Of a stretch of 34,292 nt of DNA, positions 16,821 through 24,132 are shown piece after piece. The DNA lies in assembly GCA_030741225.1 (NCBI GenBank), contig JASLVU010000002.1, positions 1 to 34,292 of the forward strand, read 5' to 3'. A model generated the notes under the pieces. That model saw only the letters and a program-made list of their open reading frames with translations. It was not told the DNA's origin and did not search any database. This DNA comes from Candidatus Poseidoniaceae archaeon (lineage in GTDB: Archaea > Thermoplasmatota > Poseidoniia > Poseidoniales > Poseidoniaceae). The translations under genes and the position numbers were made by a program. Every line of letters starts with the position of its first letter. The stretch's first letter is position 1.

Positions 16821-19322
16821 TTAATCATCCTGAGAGGTTTCTTCTTCTTCATCGTCGGATGACGAAGTGGATGTGAGTTTCAATGCAGGCATTTTCTGTA
16901 CTGGAGTCAGGGTTGAAGTCTTGTTCGCACTTGGGACTTGACCTGGCTTTGATTGTGGAGGAGGGCCTCGAGTTTTCTTTGGGACGAGTTGTGCTGGTTT
17001 GGGTGTTATAAGCGCCGTTTTCACCGGTTCGGGGATTTCCAATGTCTCAAGAACCGCTGTGATTGGAGTTAAGGTCGAAGTTCTCTGTTCTGAATCGGTT
17101 TCTTCTGGAACGATTTCCTCTGACACGGTTTCTTCGAGCATAGGTTCGGAAACTGGCTCTGCAACCGTAACAGGTTCTGGAACTTGTTCCATTTGAGTTT
17201 CGGCTTCAGGAGAAGAAGTCGGTTGAAGCGGTTTACGAACCAATTTCTGAACAGGTTGAGGCAGGTTCGATGCTATCGAGCCTCCAATTGGTGCTTTGAC
17301 CGGTTTAGCAAGTGAGGAACCAGGAAGAGGAGACAAAGGCTTGGAGCTTGTCATTGGAGTTCTCATTCCACCTAGACCCATTTGCGGTTGTGGAGCCTGC
17401 AATTGCCCGTCCATTATTCCACGCAATGGCCTTCCACCTGTCGCTCCTAATGCATCAGGACGCGCACCTAGAGACGTCGGATTGGTTTGACTGGACACTT
17501 GAGTGCCACCCTGGCCTGAAATTGATTGCATCCACATCTGCCGCTTCTCGGCTCGACTGTCAGTCGATTGGAGATCTCGGAATTCGGCTTCTCTCGTTCT
17601 CAAATCCGATTCAGCGGTGTTGATTTCGCCCTCAATTTGATTGGTGATTGCATCTCGCATCTTGTCCTCAGCCATTTCTTTGAATGCATCCATCTTTTCA
17701 CTTAGGCTCTGCAAACGTGTACGAATCTCAGCCCGCTTAAGTCCTAACTGAGCTTCAATCTCGGCACGGATATGTGTTTCTCTCTTACGAACATCAATGA
17801 GTGCCTTGTTTCGCATGATTTCTTCTCGCTTGTCCAATTGTCGCTCGAGTTGGGTAGCAACCTCTTCTTCTTTCCGAACTCGGAATTCGTTAAGTCGCTC
17901 CTCCATTTCAACCTCGAGTTCAAGAGATGTCTCTTCCTTAAGCATGTCGAGATCGGTCTCAAACGTGAGGCGCTCATTTCTCAAACCTGCATCTACCTCT
18001 GACATTATTGCCTTACGAGCAGACGCTTCTCTCGATTGGAATTCTAATTCAAGACGTTCAGACCAATCGGTCTTCTTGGAGTCGTACTGTTGTTCAAGTT
18101 GTTCACGCAGTTCTGCTTCTCTTTCGTAGCGGAAACGAGCAAGTCGATTTTGGATTTCAGCTTCACGAGCATTTCGGTAACTGGTGAACTCTTCATCCAT
18201 TCGAACTTGCAGTTCAGACTCAACATCGGACTTGAGAGAGCGGGAAATGTCATCAATGGCTTTGGAAAAGGTGATGTCATACTTCTCTCGAAGACGTGAT
18301 TTGCGTTCTGACAATTTCTCAGAATGTCGAGTCTGAAGTTGTTGTTCAATTTCGACACGCAATTCATCCCTACGTCGAGCAATAGCTAATTCAACATCCT
18401 CGCGCATTCTTTCCTCAAGTTCGTCGGTCTCTTTACGCAGTCGACCTTCAAGTTCCATCTGCAATTGTTCAGCAATATCTTCTTCCAGACGGAGGCTACG
18501 ACGCTCATATTCTGCCTTTAATCGGGCTTCACGTTGCTTTAGCCTTGAACGCAGTTGTTGTTCAAGTCGTGTACGAATTCCACGGCGAAGTTGTTCTTCT
18601 CGTTCAGCGAGGCGAGCCGCATGTCCTTCTTCAAGTCGAGAAATTTCATTCTCCTCCATTTCTTTGAATCGTTCTTCCATCTCGGATTCGAGATTCGCCT
18701 CAATCTCGCGTACACGACGCTGCAATTCTTGGTTGTATTCTATTGCCAGTCGTTCTTTCTGAATTTCCAAGCGTTGACGGTGTTCATCTTGAAGTTGAGT
18801 CTCGATTTGAGCTTTAAGTTGTGCTTTATGTTCTTCTAATCGACGGTCTTGTTCAACATCAAGTTTGTCTTGAAGAGCTTCGAGTTGTCGATTGAGTCTT
18901 AAATCAAGTTCACCGCGAATGCGGGATTCCTCACGTGCTAGAGAATCACGCTCCAATGTACTCAAATCACGTTCCATTCCTTCACGCATCTCTTTTTCAA
19001 GTGAATCAAGTGTAAGTTCATGTTGAATTGATAGGTCTTGCGCTAATGCTTCCTGCATAGCAACAACACGTTCAGTAATTGCTTGTTGGCGAAGTCGTCG
19101 TTCACGACGAATATCCGCTCGCAAACGCTCTTCTTGCCGGAAGCGAGCGCTGGTCATGACTGCTTGGTCAAGAGTCGAGGTTTCAGTCGAAGTAAACTGT
19201 GAACGGAGAGCTGATAACGAGACTTTTTGCGCGTTTTCCCGCTTCTTACGAGCCTCGTCGAGAGCATCGTCATTCTTGCTTGCGCTCATTCCCATCGTTC
19301 CCATCAAGTAGTTCATGCACAT
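16821..19322 (-). CDS. Very long E/R/Q/L-rich coiled-coil protein with a Pro/Thr/Ser-rich disordered C-terminal tail
   Basis: 833 aa with no signal peptide or TM helix. Residues 20-590 are almost uninterrupted charged heptad-like sequence. The I/L-E-x-Q-L motif recurs: IETQLQ, LEQQLR, AEQLQMELEGRL, IEQQLQ, LREQLEQQ, ATQLERQL, IEAQLG. Residues 590-833 are low complexity (PQPQMG, PLSPLPGS, TSTLTP twice, GPPPQSKPG) and end in SSSDDEEEETSQDD. The start could instead be one of the downstream Met codons (MGTMGMSAS). Confidence 0.8.
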   Translation of the reverse strand: MCMNYLMGTMGMSASKNDDALDEARKKRENAQKVSLSALRSQFTSTETSTLDQAVMTSARFRQEERLRADIRRERRLRQQAITERVVAMQEALAQDLSIQHELTLDSLEKEMREGMERDLSTLERDSLAREESRIRGELDLRLNRQLEALQDKLDVEQDRRLEEHKAQLKAQIETQLQDEHRQRLEIQKERLAIEYNQELQRRVREIEANLESEMEERFKEMEENEISRLEEGHAARLAEREEQLRRGIRTRLEQQLRSRLKQREARLKAEYERRSLRLEEDIAEQLQMELEGRLRKETDELEERMREDVELAIARRRDELRVEIEQQLQTRHSEKLSERKSRLREKYDITFSKAIDDISRSLKSDVESELQVRMDEEFTSYRNAREAEIQNRLARFRYEREAELREQLEQQYDSKKTDWSERLELEFQSREASARKAIMSEVDAGLRNERLTFETDLDMLKEETSLELEVEMEERLNEFRVRKEEEVATQLERQLDKREEIMRNKALIDVRKRETHIRAEIEAQLGLKRAEIRTRLQSLSEKMDAFKEMAEDKMRDAITNQIEGEINTAESDLRTREAEFRDLQSTDSRAEKRQMWMQSISGQGGTQVSSQTNPTSLGARPDALGATGGRPLRGIMDGQLQAPQPQMGLGGMRTPMTSSKPLSPLPGSSLAKPVKAPIGGSIASNLPQPVQKLVRKPLQPTSSPEAETQMEQVPEPVTVAEPVSEPMLEETVSEEIVPEETDSEQRTSTLTPITAVLETLEIPEPVKTALITPKPAQLVPKKTRGPPPQSKPGQVPSANKTSTLTPVQKMPALKLTSTSSSDDEEEETSQDD

Positions 19323-19408
19323 CTCATCATAGATAAGGAGCGCGACGGGAAAACAGGGCTACAAGGCTGTTTAGGAGGGTTATACGACTCACCAAATTGC
19401 CCACTGGT

Positions 19409-19801
19409 TCAAAAGGTAACTTTGAAACTCTTCGAACAGGCAGGGCAATCGATATTCCGTTCACCTGGGCGTCGCTTCATGCGTAGTTTTCGATCACAAC
19501 TTGGACATGTCACTTCAACCCGAGGCACATGAGGAGTGAGCGTGAAATGTATTGAGCATGATGCACATTGAAGGTGTGCTGGGCGTTTGTTCACTCCAGC
19601 AATTAGGACCTTACCACATTCTGGACAACCAATTTTTTCTTCGGCCCATTTTTTCCGCGTGACAGGATGGTCAACACGAACACGAGCATCACAAAGCGTG
19701 CAGTTAATTTCTCCCAACTCGTTCGGCAATAACCCACCACACTTTGGGCAGGAAAGTGCCGGAGGAGAGATGCGAGATTCAACAGTCAGTTCTTCGCTCA
19801 T
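19409..19801 (-). CDS. Small protein made of three tandem CxxC...CxxC zinc ribbons (MJ0042-type finger-like)
   Basis: The cysteine pairs are at 20/23+36/39, 61/64+81/84 and 101/104+121/124 (numbering from GTG 19807), so the period is about 40 aa. The last module, TCPSCDRKLRMKRRPGERNIDCPACSKSFKV, matches the MJ0042-type pattern. GAGGGG precedes the ATG at 19801. Confidence 0.7.
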   Translation of the reverse strand: MSEELTVESRISPPALSCPKCGGLLPNELGEINCTLCDARVRVDHPVTRKKWAEEKIGCPECGKVLIAGVNKRPAHLQCASCSIHFTLTPHVPRVEVTCPSCDRKLRMKRRPGERNIDCPACSKSFKVTF

Positions 19802-19853
19802 GTACACCCCTCACATTCGTTCTTCTTGATGTATTTGCTTCAACATTTAGAAA

Positions 19854-20357
19854 TTATTTTTTCTTTGCAATTAATGCAATATTCACAGGGATGAAATTCC
19901 ATGGCAAATTCAATTCTATTCCGTGATCTTTGGCTAAAAGTTCCAACATCTGCTTTGCTCCCACCTGGTCTCGAGAGCCCTCGAGTTGAATGATGTGTAT
20001 TTCCCCACCGTTGAGTACGGCATCAGAAAGAGTGGATGGTAGGGCGTCCAAGTCGCCTACTTGGACTTGAGTAGATGATTTCTGAGACGGCGCTGGATCT
20101 GCAGACAGAAGTTCCGGTAGCTCAACATGGGCTGTTTTCCTCCACCACCTTGCTCTACCTGCATCCCGATGATTTTCAACCAAGTTGAGGGCTACTAACT
20201 TCTTGAGATGATGATAAAGATTGTACCGTTCAACAGATACTTCGTTTTGAAGTTGAACAGTACTCATCTCATCATGTTGAGCCAATGCGATGTACAACGA
20301 ACGTCGGGTTGGATGCGCTAAAGCGGAGGTGATTGGGTCTGCCCGAACTCGTACCAT
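19854..20357 (-). CDS. ArsR-family winged-helix transcription regulator with an uncharacterised C-terminal domain
   Basis: LAHPTRRSLYIALAQHDEMSTVQLQNEVSVERYNLYHHLKKLVALNLVE is an ArsR/SmtB-type HTH. The protein contains no cysteine. It lies 62 nt downstream of the ATPase on the same strand. The start is ATG 20357 or GTG 20360. Confidence 0.7.
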   Translation of the reverse strand: MVRVRADPITSALAHPTRRSLYIALAQHDEMSTVQLQNEVSVERYNLYHHLKKLVALNLVENHRDAGRARWWRKTAHVELPELLSADPAPSQKSSTQVQVGDLDALPSTLSDAVLNGGEIHIIQLEGSRDQVGAKQMLELLAKDHGIELNLPWNFIPVNIALIAKKK

Positions 20358-20422
20358 CACCTCACCGTTGCGAGAGAGTTGCTACTTAGGTTTGAAGATA
20401 CCGAGTCAAAATTGAAAAAAAC

Positions 20423-23146
20423 TTACTGAGGCAAATATCGTAATTTGAGAACTCTAAACGCGTCTTTGGTATCCAACCATAATGAAACGCATATTGAACG
20501 AAGCAGTGAAATCATTCCTTCGCCTGCTAGACGAGCACCGTTTATGATGACCAAAATTGCTGACGCCTCATGTATGAGAACACCAACCCAGAGTTCATCA
20601 TAAAGTTGGAAAATTACGGCAATAACAAGGGAAAGAGTAATTCCTATTGTGATGATAAGATTCCCAAGTAATATTCTTTGAGATTGACGCGAGATATCGA
20701 CAAGGTCCGCCAACATAAGAGGATTATCGCTTGGAATCAAAACATCTGCTGCCTCAAGATTTACAGTTTCACCCGTTCCAACTGCCACACCAACATCAGC
20801 AATTGCAAGTGCTGCTGCATCATTGAATCCATCTCCAACCATCATCGTGATGTGGGTTTTTGAACGATTTTTCACCCATTCAACTTTCTGTTCTGGAGAG
20901 AAACCTCCATGGGCAGAAGAATCTGGCAACCCAACACTCTTTGCAAAAGCCGAAACTGCAGACTGATTATCACCCGATAAAATTTCGACATTAATTGAGC
21001 GTTCACGAAGTGAAGTAATCAATTCTTTGCTTCCAGCATATGTATCGTCATGTATGAAGGTGAACAACGCAATGCCTTCTCCTTCTCGTACAAGCAAACT
21101 GGCACCGTGACCTTTCTTTTCAGTGGCAGTGTACGCTACGGCCAATTCTTCAGGCACACGTACTTTCAATTTATCAGCACGATCAAAACGAATGAACATC
21201 ACATCCTTACCGCTCACCTTGCCTTTCACACCTGCCTCAATATCGGATATATTGGAGACGGAATTAGGGGCTATGTTTTGCTGCTGGATATAGTCCATGA
21301 CCGAGAGGGCATATGGGTGGGAGGAACGAGACTCGAGTCCTCCGGCTAATTTCAATGCGGCATTTCGTTGTCTTCCCTTCGCCATGTGAACATCACCTAG
21401 TCGTGGTCTTCCAGATGTGAGCGTTCCCGTTTTATCCAAGAGAATATGATTGACCTTTGACAGGCGCTCAATGACATCTCCACCCCGGGCAATTGCCCCA
21501 AACTGCGCAGATCTTGAGAGGGCTGCTGCATGAGGTATTGGATTCGCTAAAAGCAGCGCGCACGGACATGCAACTACCCAAATAAGAAGAATAATTTTCC
21601 AGTTATCAGGGAATAACGCATACCATACTCCAAAAGCACCAAGCAGAACTATCGGAACCCATATCGCGGTGAACAACTCAATTGTACTTTGCAACCGCGG
21701 TGGCTCCTCACGGAAGGTATGAACTGCATCAATCAAACCGGAAAGGCGTGTGTCGTCTCCTACTGCAGTTACTTGAACAACAACTGGGCCGCGAGCCAAA
21801 ATTAATCCGGCTTGAATTTCATCACCTTTAGTTACCTCTACCGGAACAGACTCACCGGTTAACGGTGCCTTATCCAATGAGCCGTAGCCATCAGTGATTA
21901 CACCATCTGCTGGAATCAATTCACCGCTTCGAATCTCAATGAAATCTCCGATGCGAATCAATTCAATAGGCACAGATTCAGGTTCTTCATGTGAATCGGG
22001 AATTGAACCTGGCCCCACACCGAGCAACGGTGAAGGTGCTGCCATTTGAAGAGTAAATCCCGTCACGGATAAATCGCTCAAACTGGTTGGTTTCTTTCCA
22101 GTTACTCGACGAGCAGTACGTGGTAAACGGTCAAGACCCCCTTGCATTGCTTCTCGGGCTTTGAGCAGAGCATCACCTTCAAGATGTGCGGTAAATGCTA
22201 CCAATATTGCTACAATCAATGCCTCCTCCCACATTCCCAAAACAGCAGCACCAATAACTGCTAAACTGGTTAGAACTTGAAATCCAAGTTGTCGGTTACG
22301 TACACTAGCAAAGGCTTCTTTGAACATCTGGGAACCACCGATTACCAATCCGGGTAAAGCGATAATTCCTAGAACGGTTGAAGACCAACCAAGGATTTCT
22401 CCCAAAATGACAATTAGCAACAATGGAAGAGCAATACCTCCGCCAATAAGTCTCCACTGATCTGGGCGCAAACGATTCGATTCAGCAGGTACAAACTTTG
22501 GAGGAGAACCGATTATTTCCGAGAGTGAAGTGTTTCGCAGGTCGAATAATTCCTTTGGATTCTCAGGTGGAAATTGAAGTAAAATTCGTTCATCATCTGT
22601 AATTTCGACATCTAAAATACCCGGCTGCAACTTCAAAATCTTCGTGAGTTTCCTTTGGTCAACTCCATTCCTAAGGGCAACCTGAGAACTTCGAACACCA
22701 ACCAATTGATTGAAACCAACATCTGGGGAATGGCCCAAAGCACGGAGGACAGATGATGCCTCTGACATCGAGCCCTGTTCAAGGTCAATGTTGAATTTCA
22801 CAGTTCCTGCGGTAGCCGAGACTTTGGGTTCATCGACTTGAAACAGCGTATTCAGTGCACGTGTTGCTTTACTTGCACAATCTGGGCAATCCATTCCTAC
22901 CAAAGGCCATTCAACAACAAAGATTCCTGTAGCTTGTTTTATGATTGTCGAATCCAAAATTTCAGCATCGAGTATAACGGGCTCAGGTGCCTTCTTCGTA
23001 GGAGAATCTATCTGTGGAAGGGGATTGGTTTTTTGCTTCGTTTTTTCCTTGGTTTTTTGCTTGGTTTTATCCACTTTGGTTTCTACTGGTTTTGAATCAT
23101 CGTCATCAAGAGATAGAAACACATCGTTCTCATCACCCTTTGACAT
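20423..23146 (-). CDS. Heavy-metal-translocating P1B-type ATPase
   Basis: N-terminal HMA domain with GMDCPDC, TGES (LTGESVPV), TM CPC (VVACPCALL), DKTGTLT and GDGFNDAAAL. A K/T-rich low-complexity N-terminus (KTKQKTKEKTKQKT) precedes the HMA domain. Confidence 0.9.
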   Translation of the reverse strand: MSKGDENDVFLSLDDDDSKPVETKVDKTKQKTKEKTKQKTNPLPQIDSPTKKAPEPVILDAEILDSTIIKQATGIFVVEWPLVGMDCPDCASKATRALNTLFQVDEPKVSATAGTVKFNIDLEQGSMSEASSVLRALGHSPDVGFNQLVGVRSSQVALRNGVDQRKLTKILKLQPGILDVEITDDERILLQFPPENPKELFDLRNTSLSEIIGSPPKFVPAESNRLRPDQWRLIGGGIALPLLLIVILGEILGWSSTVLGIIALPGLVIGGSQMFKEAFASVRNRQLGFQVLTSLAVIGAAVLGMWEEALIVAILVAFTAHLEGDALLKAREAMQGGLDRLPRTARRVTGKKPTSLSDLSVTGFTLQMAAPSPLLGVGPGSIPDSHEEPESVPIELIRIGDFIEIRSGELIPADGVITDGYGSLDKAPLTGESVPVEVTKGDEIQAGLILARGPVVVQVTAVGDDTRLSGLIDAVHTFREEPPRLQSTIELFTAIWVPIVLLGAFGVWYALFPDNWKIILLIWVVACPCALLLANPIPHAAALSRSAQFGAIARGGDVIERLSKVNHILLDKTGTLTSGRPRLGDVHMAKGRQRNAALKLAGGLESRSSHPYALSVMDYIQQQNIAPNSVSNISDIEAGVKGKVSGKDVMFIRFDRADKLKVRVPEELAVAYTATEKKGHGASLLVREGEGIALFTFIHDDTYAGSKELITSLRERSINVEILSGDNQSAVSAFAKSVGLPDSSAHGGFSPEQKVEWVKNRSKTHITMMVGDGFNDAAALAIADVGVAVGTGETVNLEAADVLIPSDNPLMLADLVDISRQSQRILLGNLIITIGITLSLVIAVIFQLYDELWVGVLIHEASAILVIINGARLAGEGMISLLRSICVSLWLDTKDAFRVLKLRYLPQ

Positions 23147-23249
23147 AACTTGCCCTTGCAGCCTTCACAAATAATCTCTCGCTTTCGTAGTTAAGGAACC
23201 CAAAAAAACGAGTAAGAAATTTGATGATGAACTGAGAATTGGGCGCGTT

Positions 23250-23972
23250 ATGGAGTGGCTACCTGCGAACTGGTCTCCAAAGATTGTTGCTGTAGATATT
23301 GACGGTACACTTACCGACACTAAAAAACAACTCAATACTCGAGCATTGGATGCCCTCAAGCGATTGGAAGAACATGGTATTCCAGTTATTCTAGCCACTG
23401 GAAATGTTCGAGCAATTACCTATGGACTTTGGAGATTCTTGAAATTGACTGGACCAATATGCTGTGAGAATGGAGGCGTTCTTTGGCATCCAAGTTTTGA
23501 AAGACCAATGTTACAGGCAAACGGAGAAGAGGCAAGGCAAGCAGCAGAATGGCTTTCCACCGTTATGGAATTGGACCCAGAAGGTATTGAATCAAATCAA
23601 TGGAGAGAAAGTGAGTGGTGCCTCAATCCTGATGAGAATCTAGAACTGATTCGTCATCACCTTGCTCAAAGCGATTGGTCCCACCTGATTGCATTAAGGA
23701 CTGGTTTTGCAATACATTTGATGGAGCCGCATCTTTCCAAAGGCAACGGTCTTGAGATTCTGTTCAACCACATGGGGTGGTCATTGGAAGACATGCTGTG
23801 TGTAGGAGATGCTCCGAATGATTTATCCATGTTCGAAAAAGCAGGTTGGTCAATAGCTGTGAAAGGGGCATTTGATTCAGTCATGCAAGCAGCAGATGTA
23901 TGTTCACCGCACCTCCATGGGGATACTTTTGAACCGCTTGTAGAAGCGATACTACAGGCACATAACGGCTGA
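23250..23972 (+). CDS. HAD-IIB phosphatase, archaeal phosphoglycolate-phosphatase-like
   Basis: Motif I IVAVDIDGTLTD, ILATGN, CENGG, and motif IV GDAPNDLSMF. The 240-aa length fits. Confidence 0.7.
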   Translation: MEWLPANWSPKIVAVDIDGTLTDTKKQLNTRALDALKRLEEHGIPVILATGNVRAITYGLWRFLKLTGPICCENGGVLWHPSFERPMLQANGEEARQAAEWLSTVMELDPEGIESNQWRESEWCLNPDENLELIRHHLAQSDWSHLIALRTGFAIHLMEPHLSKGNGLEILFNHMGWSLEDMLCVGDAPNDLSMFEKAGWSIAVKGAFDSVMQAADVCSPHLHGDTFEPLVEAILQAHNG

Positions 23973-24018
23973 AAACCTCTAAAGTTGAAGAAATTAAGAA
24001 ATTCTTTACAATATGAAG

Positions 24019-24100
24019 TGCCGGGGGCAGGATTCGAACCTGCGAAGCTTTACGCAGAGGATCTTGAGTCCACCCCCTTTGACCGCTCGGGAACCCCGGC
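24019..24100 (-). tRNA. tRNA-Leu (anticodon CAA), class II with a long variable arm
   Basis: The reverse complement reads GCCGGGG-TT-CCCGAGCGGTCAAAGGG-..-GTGGA-CTCAAGA-TCCTC-long variable arm-GCAGG-TTCGAAT-CCTGC-CCCCGGC-A. The acceptor is perfectly paired and the anticodon stem has one U-U mismatch. Confidence 0.88.
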
Positions 24101-24132
24101 TTCTTGTTGGGCGTGGTACAGTCTGTTTTTGA

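Noticed and set aside
19379-19388. The 9-mer TTATACGAC upstream of the coiled-coil gene, shared with the 14-nt direct repeats at 5898 and 5956.
   Set aside because: A single extra 9-mer match in 34 kb searched on both strands is close to chance expectation. It more simply reads as a TATA-like promoter element.
23222-23235. A box C (TGATGA) followed by a box D (CTGA), suggesting a C/D box sRNA. A similar GTGATGA...CTGA occurs at 8598-8616.
   Set aside because: The boxes are only a few nt apart. There is no room for a guide, no C'/D' pair and no terminal stem. The second example lies across the rps28e stop and rpl24e start. These are most likely chance matches.
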